From the NCBI RefSeq assembly GCF_023055435.1, contig NW_025963779.1:3348001-3412000 (forward strand): a stretch of 64,000 bases of DNA, written 5' to 3'. Position 1 is the first letter of the stretch. Every line of letters begins with the position of its first letter. A program made the position numbers and the translations under genes. Shown piece by piece: positions 50,501 through 62,512 of this stretch. The notes under the pieces were generated by a model, which was not told the DNA's origin, ran no database searches, and was given only the letters and a program-made list of their open reading frames with translations. This DNA is from Haliotis rufescens (taxonomy: Eukaryota).

Positions 50501-53500
50501 CTGCTGATTAATGATGACTAGTTGGGTAAATGTGCTGTAGCTCACGGGGAACATGTGGATATATACACTGTTATCCCCATGACATTGATAAGATAATCAG
50601 TCCTGTAATCTAGTGTGTTGTACAGCAGTTTGGGCTGGGGGAAGCCCCACAGTTCCCCAGTAAGTATATAGAAGGCTGTCTTGAGTGGCCATATGATCTC
50701 CTTGAGTCTCTATGGTTATGTGTATTCCGAGTGAGTGGGTGAGTGGGTGAGTGAGTATGTGAGTGAGTGAGTGAGTGAGTGGAATCAAACCCAGTTTGCA
50801 GCGTGAAGGGTCAACCCTATAACCACTAGGCTACCCCACCAGGCCATAACGGACACTCACCTATACGTTATTTCTTGAATATCATAATGAAGTACCTTAA
50901 TTATGTTCCTTATCAAGTGGCTTTGGAAAACATGGTTGACGTGAATGTTGGAGTCTTGAAAATCTTTTAAAGCTTTGAAGAAGTGGTTTGGCTCTCGGGT
51001 CGTATTTCGAGATCTCGCGAGTACAATTGCCCTTTGTTTTAATGACACCGCACCGAGCAGTTCTTGTAATATGAACACTCGCTGATAAAACTGTTACATG
51101 ATGCAAAGCCAATCTGTTCGGGCGAGAGCAAACAACGTGATAAGAAAATCATAGCTTGAGTATAAACAAACGTTATCCAGTTGAAATATTTCCTAGTTCT
51201 TTTCATGCAGTCTTACACGGGTCGTTTCGACAATTTCATTGCGAGGAGAATACCATTTCATTCTTATCACTCACCATGGCTCCAGCAGTGATGTATAATA
51301 AAGATGTCTGACGCTATTAAAGAGACAACGTTCATTTCCCAATGCTTGTTCAGATGGATCGAATCAGGTTACAATTTCTGATTTAGTGGTACCACGAACA
51401 CCCACGCCCCGGAGGTGTGCTCAGTGGGGTCAGGTGTCCCGACACAGTAGCATGTCCTAGACGTGTGCTCAGTGGGGTCAGGTGTCCCGACACAGTAGCA
51501 TGTCCTAGACGTGTGCTCAGTGGGGTCAGGTGGCCCGACACAGTAGCATGTCCTAGACGTGTGCTCAGTGGGGCCAGGTGGCCCGACACAGTAGCATGTC
51601 CTAGACGTGTGCTCAGTGGGGTCAGGTGTCCCGACACACCAGCATGTCCTAGACGTGTGCTCAGTGGGGTCAGGTGTCCCGACACACCAGCATGTCCTAG
51701 ACGTGTGCTCAGTGGGGTCAGGTGGCCCGACACAGTAGCATGTCCTAGACGTGTGCTCAGTGGGGCCAGGTGGCCCGACACAGTAGCATGTCCTAGACGT
51801 GTGCTCAGTGGGGTCAGGTGGCCCGACACAGTGGCATGTCCTAGACGTGTGCTCAGTGGGGTCAGGTGGCCCGACACAGTAGCATGTCCTAGACGTGTGC
51901 TCAGTGGGGCCAGGTGGCCCGACACAGTAGCATGTCCTAGACGTGTGCGATTCCAGTAAGTGAGGGGGGTGCGTTTATCGCCGCTTTGAACAGTACTCAA
52001 TTACAAGGCGTGACAGCTAAAGTGTCTGCGAAAGGTTATTCTGGTGTGATCCCTCGGGTAATCAATAACTAGTTATTTGTGTACTCGATAGGTGAGAGAA
52101 CAGTCAGTATTTTGGCCGACGTGAAACTGTTTGTTTCGAGCTTCTTTGCACGTACTCGCGTTACTATCACATAGTTGGACAGTTGCTTCAAGATACATCC
52201 ACACTCGGCTGCCATTGTGGCCATCCCGTGTCCATACTTCAAGTACGTAGATCTGATGATCTTACTTCAAGAACGTTGATCTGATGATCTTACTTCAAGA
52301 ACGTAGATCTGATGATCTTACTTCAAGAACGTAGATCTGATGATCGAACTTCAAGAACGTATATCTGATGATCGAACTTCAAGTACGTAGATCTGATGAT
52401 ATAACTTGAAGTACGTAGATCTGATGATCTAACTTGAAGTACGTAGATCTGATGATCTAACTTCAAGTACGTAGTACGTTCAGTATCAGATAATATAGTT
52501 AACACTCTATTTTAAAAGATAGAAACTTAGTCTGTTTATGCGGCTCAACGCAAAAGAGTTACACGGAAGTGTTTTTATCAAAAGAACACACAAAAGAACT
52601 ATATATCATATTCTGTACATGTCAAATGGTATTGGCTTCTGATAATTAAACTGACTGAATGATTCACCTTCTATAGATAACACGCACCACCACTCACAAT
52701 CTCAACAAAAGCCGATTCCCCAGAAACCTTTAACTTTCAGATGACACTCACACACTCAGTGCAAAAGGATTTAAATATCACTACTCAAGTGTAGTCTTTC
52801 TCCAACGGTGTTAATATAATCGAGGGGTATAAGTATGTCACCTTCACTGGATTATTAATCGCTAAAAGATAAAATACGAAAAATGACCTAAATTATTTCC
52901 TTTATGGGTGTAATAAAAGCCCCCCCCTTAAAACCAACAAAAAAACCACAATAAATTATGAAAAAAAGAAATTTAAAAAAAAGTTAATAAAATTTCAGGT
53001 TGACATTTGAAATCCCTAGCATGTATTCACTATGCCGAGAGTCAATGGTATTGCAGGTGTTATCAATCTCTGTCTGAATAAGTGAGTGAGTATTGTTTTA
53101 CGCCACTTTTAGCAATATTCCAGCAATATCACGGCGGGGGACACCAGAAATAGGCGGGAGCCAAGCGGCCTGAACTGGCCATTTTGTGCACACAGCGTCC
53201 ATCAGAAACTTGGCTCGGCGTGGTTCTATTGTCACACATTGTGTGTGATTCCTAACCTTTAACCGAGATACGTAATCACAGCGTGACATATGCTTCGGGT
53301 TCAGGCCATAGGTTAACGCCGTCACTTGTTTACCTGCGCAGGTAATAACGGTTTGACGTCATCCATATTGACGTTGCGGACAGGATGTCGTTCAGGTGTG
53401 TTTTACTTTGATCTTCTTCCTGATGAAGTGGCCATGACCTTGAGCAAAGATTTATGTTTGTGGCCATGACCTTGAGCAAAGATGTATGACTCAAGGAATT

Positions 53501-56500
53501 GAGAATTCGATGCAAAACGAGTCAGTATATTTCAGTGAATACGTTCTAACGCTACGGGACAGTGTGTACCAATCGGGATGACACGGGACATGACTGAACT
53601 GGCAAAACGAGCCCTGTAAAAGCCACGAAAAGACATTTCATGGTGTAAAAAAACACACGTCCTACTTCCTCCTATAATTCCGAGAAATGAACTGAAACTA
53701 AGGAATCTACACATTTACCCGGCAGCCACCCGTGACCTTGACCCGTCACGCTATTCAAACATAGGCAGCCAACAGGACGCTCGTGTCATACCAAGAGAGT
53801 ATGTTATAATCCATCGTAAATCACGAACATAATTTTGTTGACGCACACACTATCATATCATAGATGTCAGCAGAGTTAGCATTACAGACATACTTTGAAC
53901 GTCAGTTAAAAGAGTAGAACATTCTGTTGTGTTTGTAACTTAGAAGTAATTTCACTGATAAAATAATCACGTAACATTGCTCTCACGATTGATTTTCTTT
54001 TGACAAGAAAACAGGTTTGGTGGTTTGGAGACTGTTGAGGTCGCCTTAGACAGATCATGTTGTTGGATTTGTGTGTCGTTTCCGTGTTTTACAGATAATG
54101 TTGTTGGTTTTGTGTGTAGAGGCCCCATTAGACAGATAAGGTTTTTTTTTGTGTCTTGAGGTGTTAGACTGATTGGGTCATTTTGGGGTCTATTGAGAGC
54201 GTGTGAGGCCGTTTTGGGGTTTACTGATTCCAGCTATTTGACGACAGTCTGGACCAGACAATCTAGTGATCTAGCTTAGTCGCCTCTTACGATCAGTATT
54301 CCCGGAGAAAAACACATTGAAAGTCAATGTTATTCTGTTCTGTGTCGAGCAGTTTTTATGAATACAGTTAAACATGTCCCTATATTATATTGCACATCCC
54401 CCCTCTCTCCGGAGGATCAGGTTAGACTAGATCCCTAGGCGAGAAAATTTCTCCTACCTGTTATCTTCTCCGCGTGACAGCCGACCTGGAATGAGAAAAG
54501 TGTTGAATATTAAATGTATGGATAAATAGAAGAAGTCACCTTTATTCATGCTTCTGCCACTGTATTGCTGGGATATTACCACTCACTGCATAGTTCAGAT
54601 CCACATATCTTTTAACAATTTTCTCGCACCATTAAATCAGTCCTTGAAAACTCATTCTTATGTCAAATACATTTCTCGCATATGGTGAAACATGTAAATC
54701 CTGAGACAATCGACAGATCCAGTAACCGGTACCTCGACTCAAGTGTCTGTCCGAAACTTAGTGCAGATAAGAATGTGTCGGGACCTTAATGTTACTTCGT
54801 CATAAGCGATATATTGAGTTAAAGGGGTTCGCGTAGTTTCCCAGTGGTGTGTGTTTCTTCGTGCTGGGGATTGTACCATTTCAGCTTTGAGTGTAATACA
54901 TATTCAGTGATAAAATGCTGAAAGACTAGAACTAGTTGAATTTCAAAAGTCACCTTGGCAAATGTACTCTGTAGATGCCTCGAATACCGCTGCAATGTAT
55001 GATCGTGACACAACGTGGATGTTAAACTCTATATCCCTGAAGTCCGGGTGATATGTGGTTATATAATAATAACCTTATCAGTCGCGACGCACACATCGAC
55101 GGAAATAATGAGGCTGACTGCGTTTACTTTCTTCTGCTGTTTGCCTTGCGTCTAGAATCGACTCGAGAAAATAAACACACTCAGTCGACGACTATTATTC
55201 GTAGCATGTTCCGTGTTAAATGTGACATGCAAGGTGAAGGTCGAATGCACATATCTGTCAAACCAAAGGGTGTAAACTGCTGGCCATGTACCGGGGAGCG
55301 AAATGAGAAATATTCAGGCTGATAATGTAATATTTTTCATTTCTAAAGGCGTTCTAACACTAGGCCACCCACTGAGGACAACACCAGTAAGTGGGACACC
55401 ATTGACTTCATGTACGTCAGTTCATAATTGTAGACGCAAGTGCAGTGTCACAACCTGCAATGGATGACAAGTATTTCACTTCTATTCATAATAGGCAAGC
55501 ATTGGTTATGGTCAGTGATGACCTGTGATTGAGCTTTGTGTGTTGGTCTGTCAATGAGATCTGGGTGTGGTTGAGATGTGTGCTCTATATATACCTGCTG
55601 GGTTATATGGAGATACCCTGGGTAGATTACCCTGTGCAAAACGTTTTGTGTGACAGAAAATGATATACTTATATTTCAGAGGGACTAGTCTATGTACGTC
55701 TGATCTATTTCCGATGAGACCTGACATATATATATATGGCGTGCTTTCCTGGTTATACAGGCCTTTACCAGTATATATTTATCAGTAGCGCTTATTCGCC
55801 TATCAGGGTCTTTAACAAATAACCGTTTACGATTTTCATGACTAAATACCCGAAACTAGGATATATGTTTATTAATGTACATATGATTATCATATGTGCT
55901 CAAGCGATTATGGTTCATTATTCATTCACATTACATCCATAATCAATCTTAACTAATATTGTTTGTTAAAAGGCTATTTTGTTCGGGTCGGCAGTTATTG
56001 AATTAATCCACCCTAACCCAACGAAGGCACACACGTACATCGACACACGCACACAGACACATACACACACACAGACACATACACGCACACAGACACATAC
56101 ACGCATATAGACACACGCAGAGACACACACGCACACAGACACATACACGCATACAGACACACAAACACACACAGACACATACACGCATATAGACACACAC
56201 AGAGACACAGACACATACACGCATACAGACACATACACGCATACAGACACACAAACACACACAGAGACATACACGCATACAGACACACACACGCATACAG
56301 ACACACAAACACACACAGACACGCATACAGACACATACACGCATACAGACACACAAACACACACAGACACATACACGCATACAGACACATACACGCATAC
56401 AGACACACACAGAGACATACACGCATAGACACATACACGCATACAGACACACAAACACACACAGACACATACACGCATACAGACACATACGCGCATTGAG

Positions 56501-59500
56501 ACACACAAACACACACAGACACATACAAGCATACAGACACACAAACACACAGAGAGACATACACGCATACAGACACATACACGCATACAGACACATACAC
56601 GCATACAGACACACAAACACACACAGACACATACACGTATACAGACACATCACGCATTCAGACACACAAACACACACAGACACATACACGCATACAGACA
56701 CACAAACACACACAGACATACACGCATACAGACACATACACGCATACAGACACACAAACACACACAGACACATACACGCATACAGACACACAAACACACA
56801 CAGACACATACACGCATACAGACACAGAAACACACACAGCCACATACACGCATACAGACACATACACGCATACAGACTCACACAGAGACACACAGACACA
56901 TACACGCATACAGACATACAAACACACACAGACACATAAACACACACAGAGACATACACGTATACAGACACATACACGTATACAGACACATACACGCATA
57001 CAGACACATACACGCATACATACACACAACACACACAGACACATACACGCATACAGACACATACACGCATACAGACACACAAACACACACAGACACATAC
57101 ACGCATACAGACACAGAAACACACACGGACACATACAGACACATACACGCATACAGACACTTACACGCATACAGACACATACACACAAACACACACAGAG
57201 ACATACACGCATACAGACACAAACACGCATACAGACGACACACAAACACACACAGAGACACACAGAGACATACACGCATACAGACACAAACACGCATACA
57301 GACACGCACAGAGACACACAGACACATACACGCATACAGACACACACAAACACACACAGAGACATACACGCATACAGACACATACACGCATACAGACAAA
57401 CACAGAGACACACAGACACATACACGTATACAGACACACAAACACACACAGGGACATATACGCATACAAACACATACACGCATACAGACGACACACAAAC
57501 ACACACAGAGACATACACGCATACAGACACATACACGCATACATACACACAAACACACACAGACACATACACGCATACAGACACACACACGCATACAGAC
57601 ACATAAACACACACAGACACATACACGCATACAGACACATACACGCATACATACACACAAACACACACAGACACATACACGCATACAGACACACAAACAC
57701 ACACAGACACATACACGCATACAGACACAGAAACACACACAGACACATACACGCATACATACACATACACGCATACAGCCACACACAGAGACATGCACGC
57801 ATACAGACACACAAACACACACAGAGACATACACGCATACAGACACATACACGCATACAGACACACACAGACGCATACAGACACATACACGCATACTGAC
57901 ACACAAACACACACAGAGACATACACGCATACAGACACATACACGCATACAGACACATACACGCATACAGACACACAAACACACACAGAGACATACACGC
58001 ATACAGACACATACACGCATACAGACACACAAACACACACAGACACATACACGCATACAGACACAGAAACACACACAGACACATACACGCATACAGACAC
58101 ACAAACACACACAGACACATACACGCATACAGACACAGAAACACACACAGCCACATACACGCATACAGACACATACACGCATACAGACTCACACAGAGAC
58201 ACACAGACACATACACGCATACAGACACACAAACACACACAGACACATAAACACACACAGAGACATACACGCATACAGACACATACACGTATACAGACAC
58301 ATACACGCATACAGACACATACACGCATACAGACACACAAACATACACAGACACATACACGTACACGGACACATACACGCATACAGACATACAAACACAC
58401 ACAGAGAGACACACGCAAACAGACACATACACGCACACAGACACCTACACGCATACAAACATACAAACGCACACAGAGACATACACGTACAAAGTCACAT
58501 ACACGCATACAGACATACACACGCACACAGACACACACGCACACATACACGCACACAGACATACAAACACACACAGACACATACACGTACACAGACACAT
58601 ACACGCACACACAGACACACACGCACACAGACACATACACGCATACAGACATACAAACACACACAGACACACACGCACACAGACACATACGCGCACACAG
58701 ACATACAAACGCACACAGAGATATACACGCACACAGACACATACACGCACTCACTGTCTCTGTCAATCTTAAGCCTGTGGTGTATCCAGCCTCGATGTGT
58801 TCGTCACTTCAGATGTCTTAGTAACAACCTGAGTCATATAGGCATAGTTGACCTGTGAAGTAATAGCATGAAACAAAATTGTATACACTTCAGCGGTCCT
58901 ATATCCGCCACAGTGAAGTGTCGAGTGATACCAACCATGCCACGACAACCTCCGTAATTCACTGACTAAGACCGAACAGGTTTGTACAAAGGCGAAGGAC
59001 ATTTTGATATGAAGATGGTCGTTTTATAGTTATGTAAATCACTTGCTCGGCGAAGTTGTTTTGAATACCGTATCAAAAAGGGCTGATAAATTGACTTAAA
59101 TCCTATTGAGAGAGACTGTCGGTGCATCTAACGATGTTATAATTGTGCATCTAACGATGTTTTAATTGTAAGAACGAGAGTCAAACTGTCATCGATCAAA
59201 GTATGTGCATTGACATATCATATCGATCCTGACAGGGACATTCCAGCACGCTCTATTAATATGCTTCTTATAACCATTTAATGTCACCTTACTCTAACCT
59301 TACAATCACGCACATTTAATGTCAATACGAGCTGGTGTTATCCTGAAATCAATAACGTGCCGACAAGGCATGGCCCCCAACCATGTTCAGTCTGTCCATA
59401 CACTGAAACATCGGATTCCAGTTACCCAACTGGCCAGTGAAGACGATGTTACTTTACGGCACAGTGAAACCGTTATCTACACAAAGCTCCAATATCTGTA

Positions 59501-60598
59501 CTCCGTTTGTCTCGAACTATGGGTACTCCGTTTGTCTCGAATTTTTGGTAGGATAACATAACTTCTACTGCCATAATGACTTTGAGTTTCACTATATAGC
59601 ATTTAAAGCTCTCAGATGAAGACCATATGCTAAGATCGTCAACACTATCAGTGACAAGTCATGAAAGCAGATCTTCAACACTTTCAGTGACACGTCATGA
59701 AATCAGAGGGTTAACACCGTCAGTGACAGGCCGTGAAAGCAGATGGTGAACACCGTTAGTGACAGGCCGTGAAAGCAGATATCATCAACACTTTCAGTGA
59801 CACGTCATGAAAGCAGATGGTGAACACGTTCAGTGACAGGCCATGAAAGCAGATCATCAACAGTTTCAGTGACACGTCATGAAAGCAGATGGTGAACACC
59901 TTCAGTGACAGGCCGTGAAAGCAGATGGTGAACACCTTCAGTGACAGGCCGTGAAAGCAGATGGTGAACACCTTCAGTGACAGGCCATGAAAGCAGATGT
60001 GAACACCTTCAGTGACAGGCCATGAAAGCAGATGGTGAACACCTTCAGTGACAGGCCATGAAAGCAGATGATGAACACCGTCAGTGACAGGCCATGAAAG
60101 CAGATGGTGAACACCGTCAGTGACAGGCCGTGAAAGCAGATGGTGAACACCTTCAGTGACACGCCATGGTGCAATTAAATCCAATGCAACTTCTGACAGA
60201 GGCCATACAAAGTAACAGAAACCGAAAATAGAAACCCGACTTATATACAATCACCTTATCAGAAGTCTCATGCAAGACAACTCAATATCACAACTGAGGC
60301 ACTGCCCTCTCCCTGCATACAGATGTAGCTCCTCTTGTATCGTAATATAGGCCTCAAACTGTATCAGGTGAAACAGATAACGCAACTCACTGCATTGTCT
60401 GAACAACTCCAGTCAAACCAGCTACATGCTTGCCTAGCCATTAAATAGTCTGTACAACAGGTCAGTGCGCTCTGAGATGTCAAGTCTCGTCACCCGGCGT
60501 CGCGAGCTTGGATACATGTATATATAGGTAGGTAGGTAACGTTTACTTACCTTGAGGGTTAAGGCAAGAGCGCAGACCTGTAGCACAGACCACATCAT
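38546..60598 (-). CDS. Gene B: secreted protein with three VWA domains (matrilin / collagen VI-like extracellular matrix protein), about 622 aa; complement(join(38546-38553,39578-40135,40427-40456,41488-41777,42199-42475,45472-45519,46126-46431,47642-47917,54458-54485,60551-60598))
   Basis: Ten GT-AG exons splice in frame to 1869 nt: [16 protein letters not shown]|VGCHAEKIT|[21 protein letters not shown]...GTNT|GEALQ...ITDG...SCD|[16 protein letters not shown]|[19 protein letters not shown]...GTNTGGAIR|FLTDHAF...MTDG...ACQ|[10 protein letters not shown]|[20 protein letters not shown]...MCA|GR*. Additional small exons could be hidden in the N gaps. Confidence 0.86.
39578..40135 (-). CDS. Gene B exon 9, VWA3 (degenerate MIDAS, DSGAI)
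   Basis: Overlaps ORF 39429-40103; acceptor cctacttccag, donor CAG|GTAATT. Confidence 0.92.
40427..40456 (-). CDS. Gene B exon 8, linker
   Basis: Acceptor cttgtctgtttcag, donor CAG|GTGAGT, 30 nt phase 1-1: [10 protein letters not shown]. Confidence 0.82.
41488..41777 (-). CDS. Gene B exon 7, VWA2 C-terminal half
   Basis: [28 protein letters not shown]...[10 protein letters not shown]...[11 protein letters not shown]...AC; acceptor tgttcacag, donor GTATGT. Confidence 0.93.
42199..42475 (-). CDS. Gene B exon 6, VWA2 N-terminal half (intact DSSSS MIDAS); NAGNAG acceptor
   Basis: [18 protein letters not shown]...TRVGVITFS...[11 protein letters not shown]; donor AG|GTGAGA, phase 2. Confidence 0.93.
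42678..42745 (+). mobile_element. SINE family 1, 3' fragment
   Basis: CTGGTGTCCC...GCTAAAAGCGGCGTAAAAACATACTCACTC. Confidence 0.65.
43188..43661. mobile_element. MITE-like element, same family as 194-534, longer and in opposite orientation (gene B intron 5)
   Basis: TIRs CATCTTCCCGAGGCAAGGGAG... / ...CCCTTGCCTCGCGAAGATG; internal blocks are reverse complements of those in 194-534. Confidence 0.8.
44540..44724. other. Assembly gap
   Basis: N run. Confidence 1.
44725..44893. repeat. (GT)n degenerate microsatellite between two gaps
   Basis: Directly visible. Confidence 0.9.
44894..45268. other. Assembly gap
   Basis: N run. Confidence 1.
45472..45519 (-). CDS. Gene B exon 5, linker
   Basis: Acceptor tttccatattgcag, donor GTAAGT, 48 nt phase 1-1: [16 protein letters not shown] (NQS sequon). 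Confidence 0.78.
45836..46053 (-). mobile_element. SINE family 3 copy (gene B intron 4)
   Basis: Colinear with 16809-17084. Confidence 0.78.
46126..46431 (-). CDS. Gene B exon 4, VWA1 C-terminal half
   Basis: [12 protein letters not shown]...KVIILITDG...IEVFAIGVG...SC; acceptor tatccacag, donor GTAAGT. Confidence 0.92.
47642..47917 (-). CDS. Gene B exon 3, VWA1 N-terminal half (intact DSSVS MIDAS)
   Basis: [25 protein letters not shown]; acceptor tacttacag, donor GTAGGT. Confidence 0.92.
47958..48266. repeat. (GAGT)n compound microsatellite
   Basis: Directly visible. Confidence 0.95.
49055..49450 (-). mobile_element. Abutting SINE family 2 (49055-49245) and SINE family 3 5' half (49248-49450)
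   Basis: Direct similarity to 25148-25410 and 16809-17084 respectively. Confidence 0.8.
51415..51948. repeat. 48-bp GC-rich minisatellite, 11 units (gene B intron 2)
   Basis: GTGTGCTCAGTGGGGTCAGGTG(T/G)CCCGACACAGTAGCATGTCCTAGAC. Confidence 0.97.
52235..52474. repeat. 28-bp minisatellite, about 8 units (ACTTCAAGAACGTAGATCTGATGATCTT)
   Basis: Directly visible. Confidence 0.93.
53082..53151 (-). mobile_element. SINE family 1, 3' fragment
   Basis: Near-identical to the 3' part of 18171-18341. Confidence 0.75.
54458..54485 (-). CDS. Gene B exon 2 (28 nt, VGCHAEKIT; signal cleavage probably after CHA)
   Basis: Acceptor cttttctcattccag, donor CAG|GTAGGA, phase 0 to 1; supplies the phase change needed between exon 1 and the VWA1 exon. 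Confidence 0.75.
56028..58752. repeat. 2.7-kb CA-derived compound micro/minisatellite (CACATACACGCATACAGA / CACACAAACACACACAGA blocks; gene B intron 1)
   Basis: Directly visible. Confidence 0.97.
59641..60168. repeat. 36-bp minisatellite, about 15 units (AACACCTTCAGTGACAGGCCGTGAAAGCAGATGGTG)
   Basis: Directly visible. Confidence 0.95.
60551..60598 (-). CDS. Gene B exon 1 (signal peptide [16 protein letters not shown])
   Basis: Hydrophobic N-terminus, perfect donor AAG|GTAAGT, phase 0, TATA-like box upstream. Confidence 0.78.
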
Positions 60599-60678
60599 CA
60601 GTTTCCACAGTTTGGCGATATAAGTGTGTCGCTCACAGAGTGTCGAGTCCGACTGGAGAGGGGCTATCCACACCTGTC

Positions 60679-60839
60679 TTTAAATGTAGGGTTTTCTCAT
60701 CCTAGTTTCCGCTTATAGCTGCTCGGCTCCCGCCACAATGAGTAAGGCGGTCTCGACCGTGACGCAAACCGACTCCCGTTGGCTATACGCCAGCATAGTA
60801 CTACCGCCATATTCGGATCATCGACGTCACTCAGCCAAT
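60679..60839 (-). promoter_or_regulatory. Gene B proximal promoter (TATA-like CATTTAAA, ATTGG box 60835-60839, CRE-like TGACGTC)
   Basis: 80-240 nt upstream of the ATG; contains blocks shared with the gene A promoter. Confidence 0.5.
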
Positions 60840-61848
60840 CAAAATAAAGGTCAAAGGTCGATGGATTTGTTATGAATGAACACTACGGCCAGTATATGAC
60901 CCAAATGTTCAACATTTGCATTGCTTTGGCGTGACGTGACCAAAACACGATAATATTGACATATTGACTACTTGTTTTCTTCTCAAACACTTGACAGTAC
61001 CTGAGATTACTGATTACAACTTAGGACCCACGGAACGTAAGATATTTCCGCTTATAGTGTGGGGGACAGGTATATTTGTCTACTCTTATTTAATCGAGAT
61101 GACAGATAGCGAAATTAGGGCATCTGCTGTCAAACAGAAAACGAAAATCTTGTGGTGACTATATTTCCGCTTCGGTGTCCTAGCTTCAGGTGGGTTGTGT
61201 GGGCGGGCACTTATCTGTGTTTACCTGTAATTACCTTTTACCTGGCTTCAAGGAGCAGGTGAGAAACCACAGCATGTCTACTCACCACGACCACATAGAG
61301 ACAACTCCACCGTGGTTGGCACTGTCACGTACGAGCAGCGGGTTACAAGGGGCGACAGTTTTAAAGAGACCACACACACGTGGCCCCGTATTATATTGAA
61401 TGTCTCCTTACACAATGATTCCTGTCAAAGTGAGGGGCCAGCTAACGATTCTATACTGACCCAACCTGGAAAGTTCCTGGGATGGACGTGAATATATTAC
61501 TGCAGTAATCAGGGATAGATAGTGGTTTTTAAGGGTTTGTTACGAGATGACACTGGTTCTTCCGCGCACTGAAATCACTCCCAGGTGTACGGGTTAATAT
61601 AATTCTTGACAGATCCAAGTTAAGGAGGAAATTTATGGCCAATGGGTATTCAGCCGTAACGTCTGTGTATAGGGAATAGGTAATAAAGTGTGAAGTGTGT
61701 GAATCAAGTAGCACGCACGACAAAACGCGTGTGGTGGCTGGGATTTCGAGGAGATTCCTGTCTATTGCCCTACACACGAACGCACACGTTGATGTCCTAG
61801 TTTGTAAAGGAAAAGTGAAGACCTTTGTCATTATTCAGTTTGCTGGAT

Positions 61849-61860
61849 CTCTCTCTCTCT

Positions 61861-61904
<44 letters not shown>
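61849..61904. repeat. (CT)n microsatellite
   Basis: Directly visible. Confidence 0.9.
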
Positions 61905-61906
<2 letters not shown>

Positions 61907-62199
61907 CGATCTATTTTTCGTCTGCCTGTCTGTTGTCCGTCAACCTTATTTCTCTGATGTCCGTTGTTTTATATCTTTGTCGTCTGAATTTCGCATGCCT
62001 GTCTGTCTTCTGTCCGTCTATCTGCGTTGTTTCTGTCTGTCTGTCGTTTGCCCGTCCTTCTGGTGAAGATATAATTTGTACATACGTGTAATTCTATGAA
62101 TGACCTGTAAGCATTATCGTTAGTTTAACTACAAGTGAGGTTGGGCTAATACGCCGGTATGCGGAGTTGCTTCCCTTTGACATTCCAGGACCCTGTTAT

Positions 62200-62378
62200 A
62201 GTAGGTTCGAATCCGTTTATGGTCCCTTATTTGTCAGCACTACAGGGCAGTTGCAGGGTTTCACCAATGTGTAACTCCCGACGAGTTGTGTATGGTTTCC
62301 TCCGTCATGATGGTCACACGCACGCTGTGATGTAGTGAAAATATAATTCAACGGCGTTAAACTAACTCACTCACTCAC
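62200..62378 (+). mobile_element. Degraded V-SINE-like element
   Basis: B box GGTTCGAATCC, TTTGTCAGCAC, GGTTTCCTCC, tail CGGCGTTAAAC plus (TCAC)n. Confidence 0.65.
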
Positions 62379-62480
62379 TGTAACGCGTCCACAATTTTAT
62401 AACAAGGATTGAGTCAGACGTTAGTAATTGTAATTGAGATGGGTGAGATGCATATACACGGAGAATCGTTAAAATAACAT

Positions 62481-62512
<32 letters not shown>

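Noticed and set aside
50861-51081. Extra gene B exon (ORF 50857-51078)
   Set aside because: Wrong phases and no recognisable protein features
51383-52000. 16-aa repeat ORFs open on both strands
   Set aside because: By-product of a stop-free 48-bp minisatellite; no splice sites link it to gene B
52235-52474. Tandem hammerheads (CTGATGA in every 28-bp unit)
   Set aside because: No stem II and no GAAA box
53334-53419. Extra gene B exon with AG/GT boundaries
   Set aside because: The phase 1-1 frame contains stop codons, so it cannot fit between exons 2 and 3
55966-58821. Long Cys/Val- or His/Thr-rich ORFs (up to 702 aa)
   Set aside because: Stop-free CA/TG microsatellite inside gene B intron 1
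22595-60598. Assigning a COL6, COL12 or MATN gene symbol
   Set aside because: No Gly-X-Y, FN3, EGF or coiled-coil exons were found; these look like lineage-specific VWA-only proteins
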